A DNA stretch of 64,000 nt from Syntrophaceae bacterium (lineage in GTDB: Bacteria; Desulfobacterota; Syntrophia; Syntrophales; Smithellaceae). The notes under the pieces were generated by a model. That model worked only from the letters and a program-made list of their open reading frames with translations, ran no database searches and was not told the origin of the DNA. The stretch's first letter is position 1. The number at the start of each line of letters is the position of its first letter. Shown in pieces: positions 26,215 to 36,136 of this stretch. The stretch lies in NCBI GenBank assembly GCA_018436925.1, contig JAHDKI010000005.1, forward strand, positions 6,906 to 70,905. Reading direction: 5' to 3'. A program made the position numbers and the translations under genes.

Positions 26215-28475
26215 TTGCTTGTCATCACAAAGACGCCGTCCCAGGGCTCGTCTGGCGGGTGCATTTTCAGCGTCCGGCAGCGGCTCACATACATTTTTGA
26301 GGTCTCGTCATCGCGCTTCAGCGCTATGACCTGTTCAAAAGCGGCGATGGCCGCATCCCATTCTCTTTGACGATACAACGCCAGAGCAGCGGCAAAACGC
26401 TCCATCCAGTCCCGAAACGTATCTTCAGCCGTCTTGTCCCCCAGCAGCTCGTAAACCGCGACCGGATTGCTCTTTCCGGAAACGCGCACCCGGTCGAGTT
26501 CGCGCGCGCACAGGCTGTCTTTGGCCGCTTCATAGGTCGTCTCGCTGACCAGAATCCGCGTGCCGTACACTTTATTGAGGCCCTCCAGGCGCGAGGCCAG
26601 GTTGACCGCGTCGCCCATCACCGTGTAGTCGAACCGCATCCGAGAGCCCATGTTGCCTGCGACCATGTCGCCGGAATTGACGCCGATGCCGATATCGAAG
26701 ATGGGCAGCTCTTTCTCCTGCCATGTATTTTTCAGCCGGTCAAGCTCGCGGGTCATCGCAAGCGCCGTCAAACAGGCGCGGCGCGCATGATCCGGCTGAT
26801 CGACCGGCGCGCCGAAAACGGCCATGAGCGCATCTCCGATATATTTGTCCAGCAGTCCGTCGTGGGCGAAAACCTGCTGGGTCATCGCCGTCAGGTATTC
26901 ATTAAGACGCGCCACCAGCTCTTCCGGCGAAAGTTTTTCAGCCAGGGCGGTAAAGCCGCGGATATCGCAAAACAACACCGAAAGATTTTTCTTCTCGCCG
27001 CCGAGTTTCAGACGGGCGGGATCCTTGAGCATCTCGGAAATGACGGAGTCGTTGAGATAGTATTGAAACGCGCCGCGGATTTTCTTTTTTTCCCGCTCCT
27101 CCCGAAAATAATGCAGCACCGTTCCCCCCAGGTAAATCAGAAACATGGCGGCGATCGGATAGGTCAGATTCATCCAGGCGTTGAGTTTGAAAAAAACAAA
27201 GAGGTTGACGCCGATAAACAGGGCAACCAGGCAAAGCGCCGTCAAAAGCCCCGGTATCGGCCTCAGGCGAAACACGGCCAACCCCATGGCCAGACCGAAA
27301 AAGAGGATGGCGCACAGATCGAAAAAGCGCATCGTTGAAGAGTGCAGAAGAAACCGCTCATGCAGAATATTGTCAATAATGGTCGCGTGCATCTCCACGC
27401 CGGGAAACACAGACGAAAAAGGCGTCACCCGCAGATCCTGGATTCCGGCCGCCGTTGCCCCGATCAAGACGATCTTGCCTTGAAACGCGTCAGGAGACAC
27501 GTTTCCGGCCAGAATCTCCGCGATTGAATAATGCGGAAAAGTCCGGGGCGGCCCGAGAAAGTTGATCAGAAGCCGTCCGGCCTCATCGGTCGGGATGATT
27601 TGCTTGCCGATGCCGACACCGGACACCCCGTAGGGTTCAAGGGCAAGGGTCGCAGACGCATTATCCCGATAAGCGCGGACGGCGGCCAGGGCCAGGCAGG
27701 TGTAATAGTTTTGCCCCAGGCCGATCACCAGCGGCGCAAAGCGGTTGGAGCCGTCTTCATCCGGCAGCGTATTGAAAAAGCCTCCGCTTCCCGCCGCTTC
27801 CGCAAGCGGGGCGATATTGGCTTCCGGGGCGAAGGCGCGGGGGATGAATCGCTCGTCCGCATCGGCGGAGGCGGAAACCACCGGAAAACGGGAAGCGTCG
27901 ATCAGGGTTGTGCTTACGGCAATCGCCTCCGGTGTAAAATGCTCGAGCCCCTCCGGGGAACCGTCGCCGGAGAAATGAAAGAAGTACCCCAGCGTGACAT
28001 TGCCGGCGCGCCCGATGGCGTCGGCAAAAATCTCGTCCATATCCGCGGCCGCCTGTTTGCGGTTAATGAGCATTCGAAGCGTTCCCTGCAAAATGCCCTT
28101 GCTCCGGATTTCAGCGGCCAGGGTGTCAAGCGTGGAACGTTCGATATTCGCGTCCGGTTCGGCAAAAACCATGTCGAAGACAATCACCTTTGCGCCCTGA
28201 GCGGCCAGTTGATCGACCACACGGGCCAGTGTTTGTCGGGGCCAGGGCCAGCGTCCCAACTCGGCAAGACTTTTTTCGTCGACGGCGGCGATTACGGTTT
28301 CACCGCCGGGTTGGAGCGGCCCCCGCGCGGTCATCCGCAAATCCAGGGTTTTAAGCTCCACGGCGGTCAAAAAACCAAACCCGGACACAAACAACACCAG
28401 CGATAGTCCGACGATCACGAGGGTGATCGTCTGGGGTAGAAATCGGGCCATCGCCGTCCATGTCCGGTGCGTCAT
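26211..28475 (-). CDS. CHASE2-sensor adenylate/guanylate cyclase (class III)
   Basis: N-terminal TM helix plus a periplasmic CHASE2-like domain, then three TM helices. Cyclase catalytic domain (VLFCDIRGFTALAE, YIGDALMAVFGAP, GIGVNSGDMVAGNMGS, YTVMGDAVNLASRLE). The stop TGA overlaps the Alr ATG (ATGA). Confidence 0.9.
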   Translation of the reverse strand: MTHRTWTAMARFLPQTITLVIVGLSLVLFVSGFGFLTAVELKTLDLRMTARGPLQPGGETVIAAVDEKSLAELGRWPWPRQTLARVVDQLAAQGAKVIVFDMVFAEPDANIERSTLDTLAAEIRSKGILQGTLRMLINRKQAAADMDEIFADAIGRAGNVTLGYFFHFSGDGSPEGLEHFTPEAIAVSTTLIDASRFPVVSASADADERFIPRAFAPEANIAPLAEAAGSGGFFNTLPDEDGSNRFAPLVIGLGQNYYTCLALAAVRAYRDNASATLALEPYGVSGVGIGKQIIPTDEAGRLLINFLGPPRTFPHYSIAEILAGNVSPDAFQGKIVLIGATAAGIQDLRVTPFSSVFPGVEMHATIIDNILHERFLLHSSTMRFFDLCAILFFGLAMGLAVFRLRPIPGLLTALCLVALFIGVNLFVFFKLNAWMNLTYPIAAMFLIYLGGTVLHYFREEREKKKIRGAFQYYLNDSVISEMLKDPARLKLGGEKKNLSVLFCDIRGFTALAEKLSPEELVARLNEYLTAMTQQVFAHDGLLDKYIGDALMAVFGAPVDQPDHARRACLTALAMTRELDRLKNTWQEKELPIFDIGIGVNSGDMVAGNMGSRMRFDYTVMGDAVNLASRLEGLNKVYGTRILVSETTYEAAKDSLCARELDRVRVSGKSNPVAVYELLGDKTAEDTFRDWMERFAAALALYRQREWDAAIAAFEQVIALKRDDETSKMYVSRCRTLKMHPPDEPWDGVFVMTSK

Positions 28476-28630
28476 TTTTGCGCTCCTGTCTGAAAGTGCG
28501 GCGTCGGGCGCCGTGCCGGAAGCGGCTGAAATTCTATCAGAGCATCCTCGAAAGTCAAGAAGCTCCTCTACGGAAACCGCAAAAGACGCCGCAGAATGTC
28601 GAAAATATTGTTGGCCTGCGCAATCAATGC

Positions 28631-28659
28631 TTGAAAGATGCAGTCTTTTTCATTATTAT
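28631..28659 (+). promoter_or_regulatory. sigma70-type promoter candidate for the desulforedoxin-like gene
   Basis: TTGAAA (28631-28636), 17-bp spacer, TATTAT (28654-28659). Confidence 0.45.
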
Positions 28660-28722
28660 CGCGGGCAGAAGTCTAAGGCGGATATTTTGAGACCCATCAA
28701 ACACATTGAGGAGGGAGCGCAA

Positions 28723-29001
28723 ATGTCAAAGGTAAAGCCTGGCGATGTTCTGAGTTGCGAAGTATGCGGGTTGTCGGTCATTGTCGACGAAGAGTGCGGC
28801 TGTGCGATGGCGGAACTGATCTGCTGCGAGGAGCCGATGCAAAACAAGGGGCCCAAACCGCCCAAGAAAAAGGCGGCGGCGAAGAAACCGGCGGCGGCAA
28901 AGAAAGCAAAAGCCGTGGCGAAAAAGCCTGCGGTAAAAAAACCGGCGGCGAAGAAGCCGGCGGCGAAGAAACCTGCTCCTGCGAAAAAAGCAAAAAAATA
29001 A
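28723..29001 (+). CDS. desulforedoxin-like Cys4 domain fused to a Lys/Ala/Pro-rich histone H1-like tail (92 aa)
   Basis: ATG 28723 follows GAGGAGGGAG. The N-terminus GDVLSCEVCGLSVIVDEECGCAMAELICCEEPM parallels D. gigas desulforedoxin ([30 protein letters not shown]), i.e. CxxC...CC. Residues 43-92 are KKPAAKK-type repeats. Confidence 0.75.
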   Translation: MSKVKPGDVLSCEVCGLSVIVDEECGCAMAELICCEEPMQNKGPKPPKKKAAAKKPAAAKKAKAVAKKPAVKKPAAKKPAAKKPAPAKKAKK

Positions 29002-29088
29002 TCCGGGGCCGGAATCCCCCTGATGAGTCTGACCTGCGGACGCGCTTTCCGTCTGATGTGAAAGTGCGTCCGGATTTTATGAGGCGTT

Positions 29089-29286
29089 ATGAAAAAGGCG
29101 GTTTGTCTGCCGCCGGCCGGGACGGAGTTGTGCTCATCGCATCCCAGGCCGGAAAGAGAAAGCGTCTGGTGCGTGACGTTTGGATATTTTATCGACCTCG
29201 ACGCCTGCCGGGCGCGGTCGCTCACCAAAAGCGTTTGCCGGCGCTGCTACAAATCCCTGCTGCAATTAAATCTTCCTTTTGAATAA
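29089..29286 (+). CDS. possible small Cys-rich protein (65 aa), weak call
   Basis: ATG has GAGG 4 nt upstream. Third codon positions are mostly G/C and there are six Cys. No homology recognised. It lies in a 350-bp convergent spacer. Confidence 0.25.
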   Translation: MKKAVCLPPAGTELCSSHPRPERESVWCVTFGYFIDLDACRARSLTKSVCRRCYKSLLQLNLPFE

Positions 29287-29350
29287 GGCCCGTTTCAGAC
29301 GTCGGCGTCATTCTGATTATTCATCTATGACCCCTCTGCTTTAACGTCGT

Positions 29351-30859
29351 TTACCTTTTTCCCCCGAGAATCGACCCCAAAACCCCGCGGATGATCTGAC
29401 GGCCCAATGACGAGCCTATGGAGCGGACCGCGCTTTTGGCGGCGGCCTGCACCAACCCGTCCGTCCTGCCGCCGCGCGGGCCGGTCCGTCCGAAGAGCAG
29501 ATCATTGAGCGCGCCGCCTCTGGGCTGCTCGGTGGCGGGCGCGGAGGGTGGAGGCTGACCGGCGGGTGTCGGCGCGGTTGTCTGCGCGTGGACGCGCAGT
29601 TTTTCGTATGCGGATTCCCGGTCGAGCGTTTTTTCGTAATGGCCATAGAGGACCGAGTTGCGGATGGCCGCCGTTTTTTCGGCGTCGGCGAGCACCCCCA
29701 GGCGCGAAGCGGGCGCAATGACGGACGAACGCTCCACTTGGGCGGGACGCCCTTTTTCATCCAGAAACGAAATCAGCGCCTCTCCGACGCCCAGTTCCGT
29801 GATGATCTCCGCCGCGTTGAAGGCGGGATTGGGACGCATCGTTTCGGCCGCCGTCTTCACGGCTTTCTGATCGCGGGGCGTGAAAGCGCGCAGAGCATGC
29901 TGAACCCGGTTGCCCAACTGGGCTAAGACCGTGTCGGGAACGTCCAGCGGATTTTGTGTCACGAAATAAACGCCGACGGCTTTGGATCGGATCAGGCGGA
30001 CGACCTGCTCGATTTTTTCCAGAAGGGCCTTGGGCGCATCGTTGAACAGCAGATGCGCTTCATCAAAAAAGAAAACGAGCTTCGGCTTTTCCGCATCGCC
30101 CACTTCCGGCAGTTGTTCGAACAGCTCGGAAAGCATCCACAACAGAAACGTTGAATACAGTTTGGGATTGTTGTAGAGCTTGTCGGCGGCAAGCACGTTG
30201 ATCACGCCCCGGCCCTCGCCGTCGGTCTGGATCAGATCGGCGATGTCGAGCATCGGTTCACCGAAAAACCGGTCCGCGCCCTGACTTTCTAGGGCCAAAA
30301 GCGCCCGCTGGATCGCGCCTACGGAGGCGGCGGAAATGTTGCCGTATTCGGTGGTGAAGGATTTGGCGTTGTCTCCGACGAACTGCACCATCGCCCGCAG
30401 ATCTTTCAAGTCCAAAAGCAACAGGCCGCTGTCGTCGGCGATTTTAAAGACCAGATTCAGAACGCCGGATTGCGTGTCATTAAGGTTCAGCAGACGCGAC
30501 AGAAGCAGCGGGCCCATGTCCGAGATCGTGGCGCGCACGGGATGGCCCGATTCGCCGAAGACATCCCAGAATACCGCCGTGTTGGCGCGGGGATGGAAGT
30601 CCGTAATGCCGATCCCGGCAAGCCGTTTGAGCAGTTTTTCGGAGGCAACGCCCGCGGCGGCAATGCCGGAGAGGTCTCCTTTGATATCGGCCAGAAACAC
30701 CGGCACGCCGATCGAGGCGAACGACTCCGCCATTTTCTGCAGGGTCACGGTTTTTCCGGTTCCGGTGGCGCCGGTAATGAGGCCGTGGCGGTTGGCCATA
30801 TTCGACAATAAGCAAATTTCCTTCCCCTGAGACATGGCGATGACAAGTGGCGTTGACAT
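29351..30859 (-). CDS. DUF853/YjgR-family HerA-like P-loop ATPase
   Basis: Start at MSTPLVIA (AAGGAG upstream). Walker A motif [14 protein letters not shown], then [11 protein letters not shown] and [11 protein letters not shown], typical of DUF853. Confidence 0.85.
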   Translation of the reverse strand: MSTPLVIAMSQGKEICLLSNMANRHGLITGATGTGKTVTLQKMAESFASIGVPVFLADIKGDLSGIAAAGVASEKLLKRLAGIGITDFHPRANTAVFWDVFGESGHPVRATISDMGPLLLSRLLNLNDTQSGVLNLVFKIADDSGLLLLDLKDLRAMVQFVGDNAKSFTTEYGNISAASVGAIQRALLALESQGADRFFGEPMLDIADLIQTDGEGRGVINVLAADKLYNNPKLYSTFLLWMLSELFEQLPEVGDAEKPKLVFFFDEAHLLFNDAPKALLEKIEQVVRLIRSKAVGVYFVTQNPLDVPDTVLAQLGNRVQHALRAFTPRDQKAVKTAAETMRPNPAFNAAEIITELGVGEALISFLDEKGRPAQVERSSVIAPASRLGVLADAEKTAAIRNSVLYGHYEKTLDRESAYEKLRVHAQTTAPTPAGQPPPSAPATEQPRGGALNDLLFGRTGPRGGRTDGLVQAAAKSAVRSIGSSLGRQIIRGVLGSILGGKR

Positions 30860-30951
30860 GATCGGCTCCTTCGCTGAAATGATGAAAAACTCGAAAATCC
30901 GCTGCGAACTATAAAAACAACCGTGAAAGCTGTCAAGCGGCAAACGGCCGG

Positions 30952-31431
30952 CTAATCTTCTTTACGCAGGGCGTCCTCATAGGCCTCCGGCGCATACCCG
31001 CTGATCCTTTCGCCGTTGACGACGGCAAACGGAATAGAACGCGCTGCGCTGAGCCTGCGAAGGTCCTCGGCCGCGCTCCGGTCGCGTTCAATATCGTATT
31101 CCGTATACGCGATTCCCCGGGCGCGAAAGAAGTCTTTGGCCTTTTTGCAGTAGGGACACCAGCTGGTCGTATACAAAACGACCTCAGGTTTTTGCAGCCG
31201 ATCCGGTTGGCGTGCGGCTGCTTCCGTCAATCCGGCCGGCGGCGGCTCGGCAACGGTCGGAGCGGACGACTCAAACCGGTGAACCTTGATCTTCTTGTCG
31301 GCCTGAGCAGGCGGCGGATAATCGGTAATATGCACGCCGCCGTCTTCATCTTCCCATTGATAGAAACCGGCCTGCGCCGTGGCGGTCAACAGAAGAAGGC
31401 CGAAAAGCGCCAAAACAACAAGTCTCATCAT
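30952..31431 (-). CDS. secreted DUF4124-glutaredoxin fusion protein
   Basis: Signal peptide, DUF4124-like [19 protein letters not shown], a linker, then a glutaredoxin fold with [16 protein letters not shown]. Confidence 0.8.
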   Translation of the reverse strand: MMRLVVLALFGLLLLTATAQAGFYQWEDEDGGVHITDYPPPAQADKKIKVHRFESSAPTVAEPPPAGLTEAAARQPDRLQKPEVVLYTTSWCPYCKKAKDFFRARGIAYTEYDIERDRSAAEDLRRLSAARSIPFAVVNGERISGYAPEAYEDALRKED

Positions 31432-31446
31432 CCGCAGAGCCTCCGC

Positions 31447-33309
31447 TTATTCCGTCTTTGAATTTCCGGCTTCGTCAAGGGCTTGCCGGAGCGCTTCTGA
31501 CAGCTGGGCCAGATCGTAGGGTTTCATCAGAAATTGCCGAATCCCCAGTCGCGAAACATCCTCCGCGCTCACATGGTCGCTGTGCCCTGTGCATAAAATG
31601 ACGGGAATGTCCGGCCGGATGGCGATGATTTTCTGCGCGAGTCGGTCTCCGGTCAGATCCGGCATGGTCATATCGGTGATGACCAGGTCGAAACGCTCGG
31701 GGGCTTCGGCAAAAACGTTGAGGGCTTCGATGCTGCTGGTCGTTGAGACGACCGCGTATCCCAGCTTTTGCAGCATCTGCCGGGTAACGTCGGAAATCGT
31801 CTCTTCGTCATCGACATGGAGAATCGATTCCGTTCCGGAAACAGAAGCCTTCCGTTCGGATGCGCTCAACGATAAAACCGCCGCCTGTATTTCCGGCAGA
31901 TAAATGTCGAATGTCGTGCCCAGGCCGGGTTGGCTGGCGCATGAGACGGCGCCGCCGTGGGTTTTGACAATGCCGTGAACGACGGACAGCCCCAGGCCCG
32001 TTCCCGACCCTATGCCTTTGGTGGTGAAATAGGGCTCAAAGACCCGGGCGACAATGTCCGGCGCCATGCCTGGCCCCGTGTCGGAAATCGTCATTTTCAG
32101 GTAACTCCCGTCGCTGAGCCCCAGATTAGCCCCCTCGGCCCCGCTCATTTCCCGGCGTCTGAGCGTCACACGCAGGGCGCCGCCTTCGGCGCCCATGGCG
32201 AAGATGGCGTTGTTGGCGAGATTGAGCAGAATCTGATGGATATAGGTTGAACTCGACAGAGTCCGGCATCCCGGCGCAAGATCGGCGTCCAGATGGATAT
32301 TGGCCGGCACCAGCGCGCGCATCATTTTCAACGCCTCGGCAACCGTGCCGGATAGATCGATCGGTTCAACCTTGATTTCCGCCTTGCGGCCGAACGCCAG
32401 AATTTGCTGAATCAACGCTCTGGCCCGTTCCCCCGCCTTGAGCACTTCCGCCATTTTGGATTTGGTCTTTGCGTCCGCGTCCGGATCGGAAAGCGCCAGC
32501 TCCGAATACCCGATGATGGCGGCCAGGATATTGTTGAAATCGTGCGCGATGCCGCCGGCCAGCGTCCCGATCGCCTCCATTTTTTGAGCCTGGACGAGTT
32601 CCCGTTCAAGACGCGTTTTCTCGGCTTCGGCCAGATTGCGCTGCCGGATTTCCTCCTCCAGCCGCCGGTTGATTTCCTGAAGCGCCTGGCTTTCTTCGGC
32701 TCGCTTACGTCCGAGTTTCTGCTCCCGGATCAACAGGACATTCATCCGGTTGAGCAAAAAACCCACCGGCAAACCGGCCATCAACGAGATCAGCGCAAGA
32801 TTGCCGCAGAACATCACCCATTTGCCCAACGTATCGGCCTGGGCGGCCTGCCATTCGGGCCGGTAGGGCGCGGCCCAGAGGAACAGCGCCATCAGGATCA
32901 GCGTATTGACCGCCGTCGTGACGAAGGCGGCCCGCATACCGAACAAAAAGGCGGCGCTGACCACGGCCAACACAAGCCAGGCCGGCCGGGTATGGGAGGG
33001 GCCCAAAAAAACCAGGAAGGTCAGGATCAGTCCGTATAAGAGCAGGAAGAACGTTTTGATAAAGGGAACTCTTTTGCGAAAGATCAAAACCGCCGCGATG
33101 AAAATGACGACCACAAGATCAAAAAGGATCAGTCCCCAGCGTTGCTCCGCAATAAAAGTGGGAAGCGCGAAAGCCAGGCCCAGCGGAAACGCCACCAGTC
33201 CCAAAAAGAGCATCCACTCGATGTAGTAGGTCCGCCAACCGTTGAGGTCATGGAAAACCTGAAGTTCCCGGGTCGGCATAAATTTTCGGAACATTTTTGC
33301 AATGACCAT
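31447..33309 (-). CDS. hybrid sensor histidine kinase/response regulator with a polytopic membrane N-terminus
   Basis: About 6 TM helices, a coiled coil, H-box IAHDFNNILAAI, HATPase motifs (NLANNAIFAM, DTGPGM, GSGTGLGL) and a receiver domain (ILHVDDEE...VITDMTMPDLTG). Confidence 0.9.
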   Translation of the reverse strand: MVIAKMFRKFMPTRELQVFHDLNGWRTYYIEWMLFLGLVAFPLGLAFALPTFIAEQRWGLILFDLVVVIFIAAVLIFRKRVPFIKTFFLLLYGLILTFLVFLGPSHTRPAWLVLAVVSAAFLFGMRAAFVTTAVNTLILMALFLWAAPYRPEWQAAQADTLGKWVMFCGNLALISLMAGLPVGFLLNRMNVLLIREQKLGRKRAEESQALQEINRRLEEEIRQRNLAEAEKTRLERELVQAQKMEAIGTLAGGIAHDFNNILAAIIGYSELALSDPDADAKTKSKMAEVLKAGERARALIQQILAFGRKAEIKVEPIDLSGTVAEALKMMRALVPANIHLDADLAPGCRTLSSSTYIHQILLNLANNAIFAMGAEGGALRVTLRRREMSGAEGANLGLSDGSYLKMTISDTGPGMAPDIVARVFEPYFTTKGIGSGTGLGLSVVHGIVKTHGGAVSCASQPGLGTTFDIYLPEIQAAVLSLSASERKASVSGTESILHVDDEETISDVTRQMLQKLGYAVVSTTSSIEALNVFAEAPERFDLVITDMTMPDLTGDRLAQKIIAIRPDIPVILCTGHSDHVSAEDVSRLGIRQFLMKPYDLAQLSEALRQALDEAGNSKTE

Positions 33310-33413
33310 AAGGAGCCCTTACCCGGTTTTGCTGTGTAGCCCTGGTCCTGCCTGGTTGGTGCCGAATTAAAGTGGACGATTTGATGCCGCTGTGCACGCT
33401 GCCTTTGGCGCAC

Positions 33414-33442
33414 ATCATAGGAGCATCCCCTGAGACTGTCAA
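33414..33442 (-). promoter_or_regulatory. sigma70-type promoter candidate for the second hybrid kinase
   Basis: Reverse strand: TTGACA (33442-33437), 17-bp spacer, TATGAT (33419-33414), about 100 nt upstream of the ATG at 33309. Confidence 0.5.
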
Positions 33443-33512
33443 CTTAAAATATCGTCCGAAATGAACGATACACAGACATGCCCGAGGAGATCGGCCGAAT
33501 CCGATAGGATGC

Positions 33513-34658
33513 TCAGACTTTTATAAAAATCCGGCGCCGGTACAAAGCAAAGCCGACTGCCCAAAACAGACAGACATGCGCAAGCGCGTAAAGAAACGAT
33601 CCGGTTGAGTCGCCCGCAAGCGGCACAAACAGATGGTGATACAGCCAGGCGGCAAAAGTCACCGTTTCGCCTTTAGCGTCGGTGACGAAAATCAGTTTGT
33701 TGGACGCACGACCCCACATGCCGGCCAGAAGAAATAAAAAAAGGGGATTGACGCCGAAAACGGAAAAGATCAGGGTCCATCTCTTGACGCCCCGCAGATC
33801 GATGATCCAGATCAGCAGGGCGAAGACCAGCAAAGCCAGGCCCGCCGTGTAAAGCACATAGGAACTCGTCCACAGCGGTTTATTGATCGGAAAGACGACC
33901 CCCCACAGATATCCCGCCCCCGTCAGTGCGGCACCCGAGACGCAAAGCCTGATCAGGACGCCTTCGGGCTGAGGCCGACGGATCAGTCCGCCTGCCAGAT
34001 AGCCGATCAGCACGGTGACGGCGGCGGGCATTGAGCCGAGCAACCCTTCCGGATCAAAGGGAAGGCCAAACCCCTGGTAGAGATGGGCCTCCCCGAGAAG
34101 GGCGCGGTCAAGCAAGACCACCGCATTTTGCTCCAGGCTGTAGGGGTCCGTTCCGCCGCCCACCCACAGAAGACCCCAGTAGACAAGCAGAATCAGGGCG
34201 CCGATGGGCGCCAACCATCGGCCCGGCGCCGCGAGAATCAGGAACGCGGCCAGTCCATAGGCCAAAGCGATCCGTTGCAGGACGCCCAGAATCCGCAGCT
34301 GAGAATAGTCCGTCAACCACTGCGGAAAGGTGTTGAGAAAAAGACCCAGGGCGAAAATCAGCGCGGTTCGCCGGAACGCCTTAAGACACAAAGCCTTGCG
34401 GGACATGCCTTCGGAGGTCTGAAGCGAAAAAAACAGAGAGACCCCCGCGACGAAAAGGAAGAACGGGAAAACCAGATCCGCAGGCGTGCAGCCGTGCCAG
34501 CCCGCGTGACGAAGCGGCGCCCAGACCTGCCGCCAGCTTCCGGGCGTGTTCACCAGAATCATGAGCGCGATCGTCATACCGCGCAGAACGTCCAGCGCCA
34601 GATATCGGTCGGGCTTTATCATCAAATCAACGGCATTTTTTCGGTTTTCCCGCACCAT
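33513..34658 (-). CDS. DUF5009/DUF1624 membrane acyltransferase (heparan-alpha-glucosaminide N-acetyltransferase-like)
   Basis: RYLALDVLRGMTIALMILVNTPGSW...GWHGCTPADLVFPFFLFVAGVS is the family signature. About 10-11 TM helices. Confidence 0.8.
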   Translation of the reverse strand: MVRENRKNAVDLMIKPDRYLALDVLRGMTIALMILVNTPGSWRQVWAPLRHAGWHGCTPADLVFPFFLFVAGVSLFFSLQTSEGMSRKALCLKAFRRTALIFALGLFLNTFPQWLTDYSQLRILGVLQRIALAYGLAAFLILAAPGRWLAPIGALILLVYWGLLWVGGGTDPYSLEQNAVVLLDRALLGEAHLYQGFGLPFDPEGLLGSMPAAVTVLIGYLAGGLIRRPQPEGVLIRLCVSGAALTGAGYLWGVVFPINKPLWTSSYVLYTAGLALLVFALLIWIIDLRGVKRWTLIFSVFGVNPLFLFLLAGMWGRASNKLIFVTDAKGETVTFAAWLYHHLFVPLAGDSTGSFLYALAHVCLFWAVGFALYRRRIFIKV

Positions 34659-34672
34659 CCGCTAACGGATTC

Positions 34673-35218
34673 TTAACCGATCGCAAGCCGGCTGTACGTC
34701 TCATAGACGTGGTTGTATTTCTCGTGAATCATCTTGCGGTCGAATTCCCAGAACTCGTCAAGCATCTTTTCCTGTTCATCTGTGGAAAAATAGTCCTGGC
34801 AGGGATAAAAGAAATGCTTGTCCTCCTTTTCAATATGACGGGGATAAAAATGTCCCAGCTCGCGGGCGATGCCGACGATTTCGGCAAGTTTCGACGGATC
34901 GCCTTGAAGGTATTTTTCTTTCGCATCCACAAGGGCCGCCGTGGTTTTGCGGCCCCAGGCATGCTCATCGAGCAGTTCCTGCATGATGGCGGACAGTTCA
35001 GGGGCGATGTTCTTTTTTCTCAGATCGCGAAAGAAGATTTCCTCTTCCTTGCCGTGATGCGTGCGATCGGCGTAGGTGCGAACGAAATCCACGGCCATGT
35101 CGATGACCGCCGGATTGACGATTTGTTTTTTTTCAATCTGATCCACGTGCTTCATGAACGCGTCAAGCATCTTCTCAATTAAGCGATGCTCCCACATCAT
35201 AGCTCCAATCGGTTTCAT
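34673..35218 (-). CDS. hemerythrin-like (HHE cation-binding) domain protein
   Basis: MWEHRLIEKM, YADRTHHGKEEEIFF, LLDEHAWGR and HIEKEDKHFF are His/Glu ligand motifs of hemerythrin-like domains. Confidence 0.8.
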   Translation of the reverse strand: MKPIGAMMWEHRLIEKMLDAFMKHVDQIEKKQIVNPAVIDMAVDFVRTYADRTHHGKEEEIFFRDLRKKNIAPELSAIMQELLDEHAWGRKTTAALVDAKEKYLQGDPSKLAEIVGIARELGHFYPRHIEKEDKHFFYPCQDYFSTDEQEKMLDEFWEFDRKMIHEKYNHVYETYSRLAIG

Positions 35219-35248
35219 CCTGTTCTCCTTTCTTAAGGCGCACGGCCG

Positions 35249-36079
35249 TCAGATGACGGCGGCATGGACTTTCTTCCGGTTGACGGTTCGCAGATATTTC
35301 ACCGACGGATGCCCGAAAACCATCATGAAGATCACCGATTCGCCTGCTTGAAGGCCGACTCGTTCGCGAAGCTCGGGCGACACGGCAAACGCGAACGTTC
35401 CGAATCCCATCATGCAGACGCCCAGCCCCAGTGCGTTTGCCATCAGCTCCAGATGCCCCGCGTTGAGACAACCGTCCACTTCGTTGCCGGTGCGGCTGAC
35501 CACTAAAAGCGCGTTGGGCGCGCCGTGAAACAGCAGATCTCTTTTCTTTTTCTCATAGACTGAAAGCCAGTGAATCCAGATGGATTGAAAATCCAGGTAC
35601 TGCGGGGGCATACGCATCGCTTTTTTATCCACGCTTTTAACGTCAAGCCCGGCTAAGGCTTTGAGCGCCACAGGCGTGATTTCCCGAAGCGTGTCTTTGG
35701 TCAGAACAACGTAGCGCAGCGTCTGCGTGTTGGCGCCGGTTTGCGTGTAGCGGCCCACCTCCAGAATTTTTGCGATGTCCGCCTCTGTCACCGGCTCGTC
35801 GGTATACTGACGGACGCTTCGACGGAATTTTACAAAATTCAGAAGGCGCTCCGGTTCGATGGCGAACTTTCCCGGATCCTCACAGTTGAGGATCTCCGCC
35901 GGGTCGTAATCGCCAGCCTGCGCGACTGCGTTTTGCGGACACACGGCCAGACAATGCCCGCAGTCCAGGCACACCTTTCCATGCACCGCCTTGCCTTCTA
36001 CGATGGCGATATTGGCCGTCGGACAATCGGCCTTGCAAATTCCGCAACCGATGCATTTTTCCAGATCCACGTTGATCAT
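35249..36079 (-). CDS. 2x[4Fe-4S] ferredoxin domain fused to a nitroreductase-family domain
   Basis: CIGCGICKADCP and CLDCGHCLAVCP, then the nitroreductase motif FRRSVRQYTDEPV...ILEVGRYTQTGANTQ. Internal ATG 36079 has AAGAGG upstream. Confidence 0.85.
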   Translation of the reverse strand: MINVDLEKCIGCGICKADCPTANIAIVEGKAVHGKVCLDCGHCLAVCPQNAVAQAGDYDPAEILNCEDPGKFAIEPERLLNFVKFRRSVRQYTDEPVTEADIAKILEVGRYTQTGANTQTLRYVVLTKDTLREITPVALKALAGLDVKSVDKKAMRMPPQYLDFQSIWIHWLSVYEKKKRDLLFHGAPNALLVVSRTGNEVDGCLNAGHLELMANALGLGVCMMGFGTFAFAVSPELRERVGLQAGESVIFMMVFGHPSVKYLRTVNRKKVHAAVI

Positions 36080-36136
36080 GATCAGCCTCTTTTCTGGGGA
36101 TGGTCTCATCCCGGCAGGGTACTGTTTGCTTTTACC

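Noticed and set aside
29020-29064. CUGAUGAG ... GAAA string downstream of the desulforedoxin-like gene, reminiscent of a hammerhead ribozyme core
   Set aside because: The flanking sequence does not form the required stems I, II and III around the core, because the neighbouring GTCTGA repeats are direct rather than inverted. The only clear pairing is CGGACGC/GCGTCCG (29037-29043 with 29066-29072) followed by a GATTTTAT tail, which is more consistent with a loose terminator hairpin.
28656-29228. 190-aa minus-strand ORF containing FFAAGFFAAGFF repeats
   Set aside because: It is the antisense image of the KKPAAKK tail of the desulforedoxin-like gene. It has no RBS and no start context.
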